From NCBI GenBank assembly GCA_913020725.1, contig CAJWCD010000015.1, forward strand, positions 1 through 38,028: 38,028 bases of DNA, written 5' to 3'. Below the pieces are notes generated by a model. The model made no database searches and was not told the DNA's origin. It saw only the letters and a program-made list of their open reading frames with translations. This DNA is from an uncultured Pseudomonadota bacterium. Lineage in GTDB: Bacteria; SAR324; NAC60-12. Below are positions 9,881-19,682 of this stretch, piece by piece. Every line of letters begins with the position of its first letter. Within the stretch, counting starts at the first letter, position 1. The position numbers were made by a program, and so were the translations under genes.

Positions 9881-12064
9881 ATGTCGAAAATCACGCTAAC
9901 CCCAGTTTCCTCAGGCATTTACTGGCTGGAAGTTGCAGAGGCGGACCTGCGTGTGCTGTGCGGTTGTCCCGCCGATTCCGTGAAGCACCTCATGAAGCGG
10001 GGCTTGATTTACAGTACGGAGGTCGGCAGCGTTCACTGCGAGACCGGTCCCAACGCCATCCTGCTCTCGGATCGGCAAATCCAGAACGGCAGCTTTGCGA
10101 ACCTTGCGGAGTTTCCAGTCCTCCAAATGCTCTACCGCCAGGGAATGCTCCTCCCCGGGCATCCCAACAACACCGGGGCCAAGCCGATACTGATTGGCCG
10201 GGATGAGGTGGTCCGGGCGCAAATGGATTACATCTATCGGGGCAACTACGGCCTCACCTCCGTTGAGGAAATCCTTAAGACGGGCCTTTCGGAAGAGCAA
10301 GCCGAGGAGATGATGCGGCTCAAGCTGCGCTTCGCCTTCGGAACCATCCACCCCACGGAAGACCTGCTGGAAGCCCGGATTGTCGGGAACGCCCCCGTCG
10401 AGGTCCGCAACGGAGTCACGGTCGCTCGGCAACGCACCAACCGCTACGAATTCACCTATCAGGGCGAGCAGGTGCTGGTCGATCTCAACCTGCCTCTGAA
10501 CCGGCACTACGAAACCCCTTACGATCTCGGTTTCCACACCCTGCCGAGAGATTACTTCTCGATCGTGCATACGGGCGAGGGGGATGGTTGGGACATCAAT
10601 CGCCCGTGCATGGCCAGCATCCTTGTCTTCCAAGGGCGCATTTACCTGATTGACGCTGGACCCAACATCGATCACTCGCTCAACGCGCTGGGCGTGGACA
10701 TCAACGAGGTTGAAGGTATCTTCCACACGCACGCGCACGACGATCATTTTTCTGGACTCACCACCCTGATCCGCACCGATCACCGTCTCAAGTACTACTC
10801 GACGCGGCTGGTCCGGGAATCCGTCTCCAAAAAACTCGCGGCCCTGATGTCGGTGGAGGAGCAGGATTTTGAGCAGTATTTTGAAATCCACGATCTCGAC
10901 CTTGACATCTGGAACAACATTGACGGTTTGGAGGTGCGGCCGATTTTCTCGCCGCATCCGGTGGAAACCAACATCTTCTTCTTCCGGACCCTCTGGAGCA
11001 AGGGCTACCTCTCCTACGCCCACCTTGCGGACATTCCCGCACGCGATGTTCTGGAGGGCATGGTCACGGAGGACTCTGACGCTCCGGGACTCTCTGATGA
11101 GTTGTTTGAGCAGGTGTGGGAGTACTACCGGGTTCCAGCAGATGTGAAGAAGATCGACATGGGCGGTGGCCTCATTCACGGCAAGGCCGTTGACTTCGAG
11201 GGCGACGAGTCCAAGAAAATTGTGCTGGCCCACACGGATCGACCTCTGACAGAGGGTGAGCAGGAAATCGGAGTGGAAGAAACCTTCGGCTCTATTGATG
11301 TGCTGATTCCGGGCAACGAGGATTACCTACTGATTTACGCAGAAAACCACCTCAAGACTTACTACCCCACCGTTCCACACAGCGATCTGATTATGCTGGT
11401 CAATTGCGAGCGCCGCTCCTATGGAGTCGGGGAAACGATCATCCCCAGCGGCGTCATTCCGGATTCCGTGCACCTGTTGCTCACGGGTACGGCGGAGTTG
11501 ATCAAGGACGAGTTTGGCATCAGCAACCCTCTTTCCAGTGCCTCCCTGATCGGCGACCTGAGTGTGTTGTCCGAAACTCCGACCACCAGCATCTACCGTG
11601 CCCGCAGTCCGGTGGAAACCCTCGCCATCCCTCGCGTGCTGTTCCACGAGTTCATTCTGCGCAACCAGATTCTTGAGCAAGTCGAGCATCTTCAGGAAAT
11701 GCTGGAGTTCATGCACCACTGCTGGTTGCTTCAGGAGATGATCTCCTATCCGGTCAAGATTCGCATTGCCCGCCACACCGTCCTCTCCAAGCACAAAAAG
11801 GGAGACACCTTCAATCCGGACGAAAAAGGCTTTGCCTTCCTGAAAACAGGCAAAGCCGTACTTTGGGACAATGGCAGATTGGTGCGAATCCTGACGCCCG
11901 GAGATTTCTGGGGGGTGGGGGCCGTGCTGGGTGGGCTGAGTCAAAACATTTCTGTGGAAATCGTGGAGGATGTCACAACCTACCGCATCACCAATCCCGA
12001 GGTCTTGCGGCAAGCGCCCATCCTACGCTGGAAGCTGCTCGAAAAAACGGGGCAGCGCTCCTGA
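9881..12064 (+). CDS. Metallo-beta-lactamase-fold hydrolase fused to C-terminal cyclic-nucleotide-binding-like domains
   Basis: YLIDAGP, HTHAHDDH (HxHxDH-like), HPVET. Two C-terminal CAP/cNMP-like beta-rolls (GETIIPSG..VHLLLTG..LIGDLSVL; GDTF..FLKTG..GDFWG). Confidence 0.8.
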   Translation: MSKITLTPVSSGIYWLEVAEADLRVLCGCPADSVKHLMKRGLIYSTEVGSVHCETGPNAILLSDRQIQNGSFANLAEFPVLQMLYRQGMLLPGHPNNTGAKPILIGRDEVVRAQMDYIYRGNYGLTSVEEILKTGLSEEQAEEMMRLKLRFAFGTIHPTEDLLEARIVGNAPVEVRNGVTVARQRTNRYEFTYQGEQVLVDLNLPLNRHYETPYDLGFHTLPRDYFSIVHTGEGDGWDINRPCMASILVFQGRIYLIDAGPNIDHSLNALGVDINEVEGIFHTHAHDDHFSGLTTLIRTDHRLKYYSTRLVRESVSKKLAALMSVEEQDFEQYFEIHDLDLDIWNNIDGLEVRPIFSPHPVETNIFFFRTLWSKGYLSYAHLADIPARDVLEGMVTEDSDAPGLSDELFEQVWEYYRVPADVKKIDMGGGLIHGKAVDFEGDESKKIVLAHTDRPLTEGEQEIGVEETFGSIDVLIPGNEDYLLIYAENHLKTYYPTVPHSDLIMLVNCERRSYGVGETIIPSGVIPDSVHLLLTGTAELIKDEFGISNPLSSASLIGDLSVLSETPTTSIYRARSPVETLAIPRVLFHEFILRNQILEQVEHLQEMLEFMHHCWLLQEMISYPVKIRIARHTVLSKHKKGDTFNPDEKGFAFLKTGKAVLWDNGRLVRILTPGDFWGVGAVLGGLSQNISVEIVEDVTTYRITNPEVLRQAPILRWKLLEKTGQRS

Positions 12065-12080
12065 GCTTCCGCAATCCGTG

Positions 12081-12527
12081 ATGGACTACCTCACCTGGAC
12101 TTTTCTTGTCCTTGGCGGCATATTGGTTTTGGCGGATTTCGTCATCCCCTCCGGAGGTTTGATTTCCGGAGCGGGAATCTCCCTGCTTGTGATGGCGGCC
12201 TTGCACCATCAGGGCTTCGAGTGGTGGGTGCTGGGGCTGGTGTTCTTTCCGATCACGATCGGGAGTTCCATCGTCATCTTCAAGGTGGCCGCAACCGGAG
12301 GTTCGTTGCTGGAGCGTTGGTTCGTCCCGGATCGCATCCAATCCGGAGTGGATGCACTGCCCGGTGCGACCGGAACCATGCTCGACGAATCCCACGCTCA
12401 GGTGCGCGGCGACCGTTGGAACGTCGAGAGCGAGGATCCCTTGCAGTCCGGAGATGCCATCCGCGTGATCGCGCTGGAGGGTTCCCGCCTGCGCATTGAA
12501 AAACTTTCTGTCGAAGGAGAATCATGA
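12081..12527 (+). CDS. NfeD-like (short form) membrane protein
   Basis: N-terminal TM helices and C-terminal OB-fold (VRGDRWNVES....GD.IRVI..EG..L.I). Overlaps the SPFH gene by ATGA. Confidence 0.88.
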   Translation: MDYLTWTFLVLGGILVLADFVIPSGGLISGAGISLLVMAALHHQGFEWWVLGLVFFPITIGSSIVIFKVAATGGSLLERWFVPDRIQSGVDALPGATGTMLDESHAQVRGDRWNVESEDPLQSGDAIRVIALEGSRLRIEKLSVEGES

Positions 12528-13384
12528 TCTACCAAGTCCCGCAAAATCACGTCATCATCATCGAACGACTGGGCAAGTACAGCGAAACCAAGCACGCTGG
12601 GTTGCGCATCCGCCTGCCTTTCGTCGAATCTCCCAAGGACATGTCGCATTGGGCCGGGATCGCTACCAAGCGCAAGCGCCTCTCCTACATCCTCATCTCC
12701 CAGCAGGAGCAGGTGATGGACACCGAGTCCCAGCCCTGCATCACCCGCGACAACATCACGGTCGATGTCAACGCCATCCTCTTTTGGCAGATCGTTGATC
12801 CGATCAAGTCGGTCTATGAGATCGAAAATCTGCCGCTTGCCGTTGGCAACGTCGCACTCACGACGCTCCGGGATGTGGTGGGACGCATGAGCTTGGACGA
12901 AGTGATCTCCGAGCGCAACCGCATCAACACCGCAATCCTAGACGAGTTGCAGGATGTGTCGGAGAAGTGGGGCGTGCGCACCAACCGCGTGGAGATTCAG
13001 GGCATCCGGGTTCCGGAAGAGGTGCAGGACTCGATGAACAAGCAGATGAACGCCGAGCGTGAACGACGGGCGTCGATCCTGACCGCAGAAGGCTCCAAGG
13101 AGGCACAGGTTTTGGAAGCCGAAGGAGAGAAGGCAGCGGCAATCCTGCGGGCCGAGGGTCAGGCGCGGGCCATCGAACTTAAGGCGCAGGCGGATTCCAC
13201 CTACCTCCACACCTTTGTGGAAAAGCTCGGCAGCGAAGGCGCCAAGCTTGCGCTCGGAGTGCGTTACTTCGACACCCTCGGCGAGATGGGGGACACCACC
13301 AAAGTCTTCCTCCCCACTGGTCTCAACAATGCCCTTGGTGCTCTGCTCAGCCAGAGCTTCGGCAAGGAGGACTCCAGCCTTTGA
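12524..13384 (+). CDS. SPFH/Band 7 (stomatin/paraslipin-like) protein
   Basis: IIERLGKY, CITRDNITVDVN, LRDVVGRMSLDE, WGV...RVEI, QMNAERERRA.IL.AEG. Confidence 0.93.
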   Translation: MIYQVPQNHVIIIERLGKYSETKHAGLRIRLPFVESPKDMSHWAGIATKRKRLSYILISQQEQVMDTESQPCITRDNITVDVNAILFWQIVDPIKSVYEIENLPLAVGNVALTTLRDVVGRMSLDEVISERNRINTAILDELQDVSEKWGVRTNRVEIQGIRVPEEVQDSMNKQMNAERERRASILTAEGSKEAQVLEAEGEKAAAILRAEGQARAIELKAQADSTYLHTFVEKLGSEGAKLALGVRYFDTLGEMGDTTKVFLPTGLNNALGALLSQSFGKEDSSL

Positions 13385-13465
13385 GTGCTCATCCAAGCAG
13401 CCTTCCGGGGCTATTTTCCGGTGATGCTTGTCGGATCGGCTGCTGACGGATTTGCCGATTCTTAA

Positions 13466-13879
13466 AACATCTCGGTTTCCACTGCTTCCAGCACATCTTC
13501 CCAGCCGCTCTTCCCGCTCACAGTCACGGTTTTCGAGCAACTCTCAGAAGAGGACGTGGAGCATCTGGATCAGTTGATCTATCGCTTCACCAAGATGCAG
13601 GATGCGATGGGCAAGCGTCTGTTTCCCTCGATCCATGGCTTGCTGGAGGAAAGCTCCGATCCGGTTGCATTTCTGGACATTTTGCACCGTTTGGAAAAAT
13701 TGGGGGTGCTTACCAGCGTGGCAGAGTGGCAGCTTTTCCGAAACTTGAGAAACAACTTGGCTCACGATTATCCTGAAGGTGTGTCCCAAACAGTGGACAC
13801 CCTGAACCTGCTGATAGAGAGGATGAGAGCCTTTATCGGACTTTTGAGACCGTACAAAAGGATTGGCAACGGCGCATGA
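13466..13879 (+). pseudogene. HEPN-domain (nucleotidyltransferase substrate-binding / HepT-like) toxin, N-terminally disrupted
   Basis: PLFPLT..FEQLSEEDVEHLDQLIYRFTKMQD..G.RLF and RNNLAHDY (Rx4H). In-frame TAA at 13463 and no start before the conserved region. No MNT partner nearby. Confidence 0.7.
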
Positions 13880-13937
13880 GCGCACGAGCATAATTTCCTC
13901 TCATCAGACATTACTCTTTTCCATTTTCAACAAACCA

Positions 13938-16181
13938 ATGCCACTTGACGAACCCACCCCGGAACAGATTCGAGACGAGCAGGTTTTTCTGGAAATGGGC
14001 CTGAATGCATCTGAATACAAAGAAGTCGTGCACCGTTTGGGACGCTTACCAAACCTCACGGAGGCGGGTATTTTCGGAGTGATGTGGTCGGAACACTGCT
14101 CCTACAAGAACTCGAAACCCCTGCTCGGACGCTACCCCACGGAGGGTCCGCGCATCATGCAAGGTCCGGGAGAGGGCGCGGGTGTGGTGGACCTCGGCGA
14201 GGGCTGGGCGGCGGTCTTCAAGGTCGAAAGCCACAACCACCCCTCTGCGATTGAGCCATATCAAGGCGCGGCGACGGGCGTGGGCGGCATCCTCCGGGAC
14301 ATTTTCTCGATGGGCGCGCGTCCAGTGGCAATCCTCAACTCCCTGCGTTTCGGCCCGCTTCAGGACGATCCCCGTGCCCCCCGGACTCGTTACCTGTTCA
14401 AGGAGGTGGTCGCAGGCATTGCAGGTTACGGCAACTGCATCGGGGTGCCCACCGTTGGCGGCGAAATTGATTTTGATCCGGCCTATTCCGGAAACCCGTT
14501 GGTGAACGCGATGGGGGTCGGCTTGGTGCGTCACGACCGACTCCAGCACGGACGCGCCGGGGGTATCGGCAACGCTGTGGTGTACGTCGGTAGCGCCACC
14601 GGACGGGACGGCATCCACGGGGCGACATTCGCCTCCGAGGAACTGAGTGCGGCATCCGAGGCCAAGCGTCCAGCAGTGCAGGTGGGCGATCCGTTCATGG
14701 GCAAACTGCTACTGGAAGCGTGTCTGGAGTGCTACGATTCCGGCGCCTTGCTGGCGGTGCAGGACATGGGCGCGGCGGGCCTCACCTGTTCCAGCACCGA
14801 GATGGCGGACAAGGGCGGCGTGGGCATGGTGCTGGACCTCGACCGCGTGCCTCAACGCGCCGAGAACATGTCGGCCTACGAGATCATGCTTTCCGAATCA
14901 CAGGAGCGCATGCTCTTTGTCGCGCATCCCGGACGCGAGGGTGAACTGCTCGTCATCTGCAAAAAATGGGGCGTGGAAGCGGCGGTGATCGGCGAGGTGA
15001 TCGCAGAACCTGTGTTGCGCTTGCTGCAAAAAAGCAACTGCGTGGCCGAACTGCCGTTGGAGCAGGTCTGCGGCAATCCCCCGGTTTATCACCGCGAATC
15101 CGTAAAACCGGACGCGCTCACGAGGCAGCAAGCAGAGCCGGAGGTGAGTTGGCCGGAACCAGAAAACTTGGGAGCGGAATTGCTGTCGCTGCTGTCCACA
15201 CCCAACGCCGGATCGAAGCAGTGGGTGCATCGGCAGTACGACTCGATGGTGCGAACCAGCACACGGGTGCGCCCCGGATCAGATGCCGCCGTGGTTGCGG
15301 TGGAGGGTTCCGACATGAGCCTCGTTCTCAGCATTGATGGCAACGCCCGCTATGTGCAACTCGATCCCCGTATGGGTGGGAGAATCGCCGTCGCCGAAGC
15401 TGCCCGCAACGTCGTCTGCGCCGGGGGACAACCCTTAGCGATCACGAACGGCCTCAACTTCGGCAGTCCGGAAAAACCGGAAGTGTTCTGGCATCTCGAG
15501 CAAGCCGTCACGGGCATCGCCGAGGCCTGCCGTCACCTCGACCTGCCCGTCACTGGAGGCAACGTCAGTCTCTACAACGAAACCGAGGGCACTCCGATTT
15601 TACCGACTCCAATAGTCGGCGTGATCGGGCTGGTGGAGTGTCCGGAACACGTCACCACGCAGTTCTTCAAGCAAGCTGGAGACATCCTTCTCCTCGTCGG
15701 CGAAACCCGTCCGGAGTTCGGCGGTAGCCTCTACCAGCACCACAAGGCGGGGCGGCTTTCCGGAAAAGCTCCGCAACTTGATTTGCTACAGGAAGCCAAG
15801 GTGCAGCAGGCGCTCTTGGAGACAATCCGGAAGGGGCTCGTGTCTTCCGCGCACGATCTCTCGCACGGAGGACTGGCCCTCGCACTTGTGACCAGTTGCA
15901 CCGAGGACTTGGGCGTGGAAGTGGATTGGCACCCGAACTTGCGCCCCGATCTCGCCTTGTTCAGTGAAAGTCAGTCGCGTGTACTGCTCAGTGCTGAGTC
16001 AGGGCAAGTTTCACAAATTGTGGGGATTCTCAAACGCTCCGGACTGGCTTGCAAAACCATCGGCACGGTTCAGTCCGGAATTTTCCGGATGCGCTTTCAG
16101 GGAGAAAATCGGCTTGAGGGCACACTCACAGAAATCCGCACGGCGTGGGCTGGAGCATTGGAGCGCCAATTGAAAGGATGA
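13938..16181 (+). CDS. purL: Phosphoribosylformylglycinamidine synthase subunit PurL (small type)
   Basis: [54 protein letters not shown]. About 747 aa, no glutaminase domain. Confidence 0.97.
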   Translation: MPLDEPTPEQIRDEQVFLEMGLNASEYKEVVHRLGRLPNLTEAGIFGVMWSEHCSYKNSKPLLGRYPTEGPRIMQGPGEGAGVVDLGEGWAAVFKVESHNHPSAIEPYQGAATGVGGILRDIFSMGARPVAILNSLRFGPLQDDPRAPRTRYLFKEVVAGIAGYGNCIGVPTVGGEIDFDPAYSGNPLVNAMGVGLVRHDRLQHGRAGGIGNAVVYVGSATGRDGIHGATFASEELSAASEAKRPAVQVGDPFMGKLLLEACLECYDSGALLAVQDMGAAGLTCSSTEMADKGGVGMVLDLDRVPQRAENMSAYEIMLSESQERMLFVAHPGREGELLVICKKWGVEAAVIGEVIAEPVLRLLQKSNCVAELPLEQVCGNPPVYHRESVKPDALTRQQAEPEVSWPEPENLGAELLSLLSTPNAGSKQWVHRQYDSMVRTSTRVRPGSDAAVVAVEGSDMSLVLSIDGNARYVQLDPRMGGRIAVAEAARNVVCAGGQPLAITNGLNFGSPEKPEVFWHLEQAVTGIAEACRHLDLPVTGGNVSLYNETEGTPILPTPIVGVIGLVECPEHVTTQFFKQAGDILLLVGETRPEFGGSLYQHHKAGRLSGKAPQLDLLQEAKVQQALLETIRKGLVSSAHDLSHGGLALALVTSCTEDLGVEVDWHPNLRPDLALFSESQSRVLLSAESGQVSQIVGILKRSGLACKTIGTVQSGIFRMRFQGENRLEGTLTEIRTAWAGALERQLKG

Positions 16182-16252
16182 GGGGGCGTACTCATTCATC
16201 AGGTCTTGAGATGGCAATTTCTGACATTAGTGATCCCTGAAAAGTACGCAAA

Positions 16253-17551
16253 CTAAGTGACACTCAACTGCTCACTTGAGTATTTGGCATAAATTTTTTC
16301 TTCAACGATTACTTTTATTCGTTTAAGAGCCTGATGGATTTCAGTAAAAGTTGTATAGAGGGGGGTGATTCCTAATCGGATATTATCTGGTGCACGGAAA
16401 TCAGGGATTACTTGGACAGCAGGCGGAGGAGACTCTATCAACGCACGGCAAATTCGGTAGCTTTCCAAATGACGAAGAGACACATGCGAACCTCGGATCT
16501 TTGCCTCTCGAGGTGTCCCCAACGTAAATCCAAGCGGGGTTAGCCATTCATCCGCTAAATAAATTAGATATTCTGTTTGGTTAAGACTCTTCTTTCGCAA
16601 ACGTGTCATCCCCGCATCCAAAATAATGTCTAACGCCGGTTCGACAGCTTTCATCGAAAGCATCGGCGGTGTCCCGATTCGGAATCGAGAGATATCATCC
16701 GCAGGTGTAAAATCAAGCTCAAAATCGAAAGGTTTTTTGGAGGCAAACCATCCCCACATCGGTTGCATTAATTGCGCTTGTAAATCTCGTCGCACATAAA
16801 GAAAGGCTGGTGCACCAGGTCCGCCATTCAGGTATTTATATGTGCATCCAATTGCTAAATCCACATTAGTTCCATTTAAGTCAATCGGTACAGCCCCAGC
16901 GGAGTGGCATAAATCCCAAAGCATGAGTGCACCCGCCCGATGCACTTGCTTGGTTACAGCCTCCATATCGTACATGAAAGCACTTTTGAAGGCGACATGT
17001 GTTAAGCTGACCAAGGCCGTATCGCTGTCTATTGCGGTTTCAATTGCTTCGGGCGCAATGGTGATGCCGTCTACCGAAGGAAGCAAATCTAGGTGGTGAG
17101 TGTTTCCCAGTAAATTGATCACGCCTTGAAGAATATATAAATCTGAGGGGAAATTGAGAGTATCGCTGATAATTTTGCTGCGTCCATTTTTTGCTTTTAG
17201 CGCTGCGACTGCTAACTTGAAGAGATTGATGGACGTTGCTTCGGTGATAATTATTTCATCCGCGTGCGCCCCGACCAATTTTGCTATTTTTGCGCCTAAC
17301 TCAGTGGGAGAGTTTACCCAGCCATCATTCCAAATTCTGATGAGTCGATCTCCCCACTCATTTTCAATGGCATTTTTCATAAAATCTACGGTGCGTCGGG
17401 GCAGGCGTCCGAGAGAGTTGCCGTCCAAATAAATCAGATTGGTGTCGGCAATCACAAACTCATTTCGAAAAGCAGCTAAATCATCTTTTGCATCTAGTTC
17501 GTTTGCAAAATTAATATCCGTATTCATAAACTCCATAATTTGATAGTCCAT
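16253..17551 (-). CDS. kynU: Kynureninase
   Basis: IYLDGNSLG, NFPSDLY, WDLCHSAG, GCTYKYLNGGPG, GWF, RGSHVS, DFRAPD.IRLG. Start may be at 17527. Confidence 0.96.
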   Translation of the reverse strand: MDYQIMEFMNTDINFANELDAKDDLAAFRNEFVIADTNLIYLDGNSLGRLPRRTVDFMKNAIENEWGDRLIRIWNDGWVNSPTELGAKIAKLVGAHADEIIITEATSINLFKLAVAALKAKNGRSKIISDTLNFPSDLYILQGVINLLGNTHHLDLLPSVDGITIAPEAIETAIDSDTALVSLTHVAFKSAFMYDMEAVTKQVHRAGALMLWDLCHSAGAVPIDLNGTNVDLAIGCTYKYLNGGPGAPAFLYVRRDLQAQLMQPMWGWFASKKPFDFELDFTPADDISRFRIGTPPMLSMKAVEPALDIILDAGMTRLRKKSLNQTEYLIYLADEWLTPLGFTLGTPREAKIRGSHVSLRHLESYRICRALIESPPPAVQVIPDFRAPDNIRLGITPLYTTFTEIHQALKRIKVIVEEKIYAKYSSEQLSVT

Positions 17552-17755
17552 CTCTGTTGTAGTGTTCCTTTGAATTTCTTGAAAAATAACTGAAACCCAA
17601 GTAAACGTATCATAAAATCGAACCTATTCTAAAATCATAAAACGTGACAGGGTGAATTTTACTGCGGACAGGCACCAACCTCCAGAGGGGGCTATCGAAA
17701 TTCAAACTAGAGTCTTGAATGGTGTTGCCATTAATCTGCATAAATAGCCTGATCA

Positions 17756-17986
17756 CTACATATTACTCATGATTGGGTTCCTACCCCGATCAGTTGTTGC
17801 GCCTGCATCACACTTCTTGCAATTTAGTTTATGCCCAAGTTTGGATTTTCTTCCCTCATCAGGGATAACCCAAGTATGATTAACCCAAGGTGGGTTATGA
17901 CGAACATGCTGATAATGATCACAGGCTAACTCAGCCACCCAATGATGCTCTTCGTCTTGATGGTATCCAACTATACTTTGATCCAT
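17756..17986 (-). CDS. DUF3565-like small Cys/His protein
   Basis: IVGYHQDEEHHWVAELAC.H.QHVRHNPPW....W....GR...LG..LNCKKCD matches the DUF3565 pattern as I recall it. Confidence 0.85.
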   Translation of the reverse strand: MDQSIVGYHQDEEHHWVAELACDHYQHVRHNPPWVNHTWVIPDEGRKSKLGHKLNCKKCDAGATTDRGRNPIMSNM

Positions 17987-18332
17987 AGTAACTAACCTCG
18001 CAAATCACTGGATGTCAAAATGGAAAGGAGTCTGCGTGTCGGCTGGCTTTCGGGGAGACTGTAGAGAAAGCAGGAGGAATGAGCAAGGAGAAAGACCGTC
18101 ACTGACTGGAGCAAGTGCAGAAGTGAATGCGGCTCTGGCACGACTTCGTGTGTGCCGAGCGGCGATTGTGAGAGGGGCTTGTAAGTAGGCACGGAGAAGA
18201 TCGAGCGGTTTTGCACCTCGTATTGGAGCCTCCTTGCTTTCGTTGGAGAGACGGGCCACGATGATACCGCATCTCCCCTCACCGACAGGAGGAGTTGCAC
18301 ATACGAATTGAATCTGTGGCTTAAAGCAAACC

Positions 18333-19682
18333 ATGTGCGGAATTTTTGGCATCTTCAACCATCCCAAGGCAGCGGAGCTGACGTATCTCGGCATCCACGC
18401 CCTCCAACACCGCGGACAGGAGAGCGCAGGCATCTGCTCCAGCGATGGTGAGCAGCTGCATGTCCACCGCAGCACTGGGTTGGTAACGGAAGCATTTTCG
18501 CAGGCCCAGCAGCAGCAGCTTCCCGGAAACATGGCCATCGGGCACGTCCGCTACACCACCGCCGGGGCATCGGACAACCTCAACGCCCAGCCGCTTGTGT
18601 TCCGCTACAGTGGCGGTCAGGTTGCGGTGGCGCACAACGGGAATCTCGTCAACGCGCAGCGGCTCCGGACGCAACTGGAGCGGCAGGGTTCGATTTTCCA
18701 GACCACCACCGACACCGAGGTGATCCCACACCTCATCGCCCGTGCCGGACCTCCCATTCTCGATGCAGTTCAAGATGCTTTGCGCGTGATCGAAGGCGCA
18801 TTCGCGCTGCTTTTCCTGACCGAGTCCGGACTGATCGCCGCGCAGGATTCTCGCGGATTCCGGCCCCTCTCGCTCGGCAAGCTGGGCGAGGGTTGGGTGG
18901 TTGCTTCAGAAACCTGCGCCTTGGACATCGTGGGGGCGGAGTTCGTGCGTGACCTCCAGCCCGGCGAGTTGTTGACCATCTCCGCTGATGGTCTGAAAGC
19001 GACCGCTTGCCTGGCCCCGAATCCACGGGCGATTTGCTCCTTCGAGTATATTTACTTCGCGCGTCCGGATTCGGAGATCAACGGGGTCAGTGTCCATGCC
19101 GCCCGCAAGGCATTCGGGCGGAGGATTTTCGAGGAATCCCCCGTCGAGGCGGATATCGTGGTTGGAGTGCCTGATTCCGGAATCGCCTCGGCAATCGGTT
19201 ATGCAGAAGCGTCCGGACTGCCTTACGAGTTGGGGATGATGAAGAACCGCTATGTCGGGCGAACCTTCATCCAGCCCAGTCAGGAATTGCGACAGCAGGG
19301 GGTGCGCATGAAACTCAGTCCGGTGCGTAGCGCCATCACCGGAAAGCGGCTCGTGTTGGTGGATGATTCGATTGTGCGCGGCACCACTAGCGGGCGCATT
19401 GTGCGTATGCTCAAAGACGCAGGAGCCAAGGAAATCCACCTGCGCATCACCTCCCCGCCGATCACGCATTCCTGCCTTTACGGAATTGACACCGCCCGCC
19501 GCAAGGAACTCATCGCCGCCGAGTATGAGGTGTCTGCGATTCAAGAAAAAATCGGTGCTGATTCACTTTACTTTCTCTCTGCCGAGGGCATGGTGGAGGC
19601 CACCGGACGCAACGATTCCTCACCGAATCGCGGACACTGCCTCGCCTGCTTCAACGGTGATTATCCGACTCCCACTTCATGA
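18333..19682 (+). CDS. purF: Amidophosphoribosyltransferase
   Basis: N-terminal MCG nucleophile, LQHRGQE, GHVRY, VDDSIVRGTT, Fe-S cysteines (CSFEY, CLYGID, CLAC). Confidence 0.98.
   Translation: MCGIFGIFNHPKAAELTYLGIHALQHRGQESAGICSSDGEQLHVHRSTGLVTEAFSQAQQQQLPGNMAIGHVRYTTAGASDNLNAQPLVFRYSGGQVAVAHNGNLVNAQRLRTQLERQGSIFQTTTDTEVIPHLIARAGPPILDAVQDALRVIEGAFALLFLTESGLIAAQDSRGFRPLSLGKLGEGWVVASETCALDIVGAEFVRDLQPGELLTISADGLKATACLAPNPRAICSFEYIYFARPDSEINGVSVHAARKAFGRRIFEESPVEADIVVGVPDSGIASAIGYAEASGLPYELGMMKNRYVGRTFIQPSQELRQQGVRMKLSPVRSAITGKRLVLVDDSIVRGTTSGRIVRMLKDAGAKEIHLRITSPPITHSCLYGIDTARRKELIAAEYEVSAIQEKIGADSLYFLSAEGMVEATGRNDSSPNRGHCLACFNGDYPTPTS

Larger units (their letters stand above)
16200..18021. 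mobile_element. AT-rich horizontally acquired islet (kynU + DUF3565) inserted between purL and purF
   Basis: Abrupt GC drop (19/60 GC at 16261-16320 versus 43/60 at 14761-14820), genes on the opposite strand, interrupts the pur gene order. No integrase or transposase. Confidence 0.75.

Noticed and set aside
9911..11233. Long antisense ORFs (440 aa here; also 19661-20842, 820-1572, 29674-30573)
   Set aside because: Shadow frames opposite well-supported genes in GC-rich DNA, with no recognisable motifs.
17700..18000. DUF3565 gene as an integron cassette (GTTAGTT just before its ATG)
   Set aside because: The core does not fit GTTRRRY, and no RYYYAAC or attC hairpin was recognisable after the stop.
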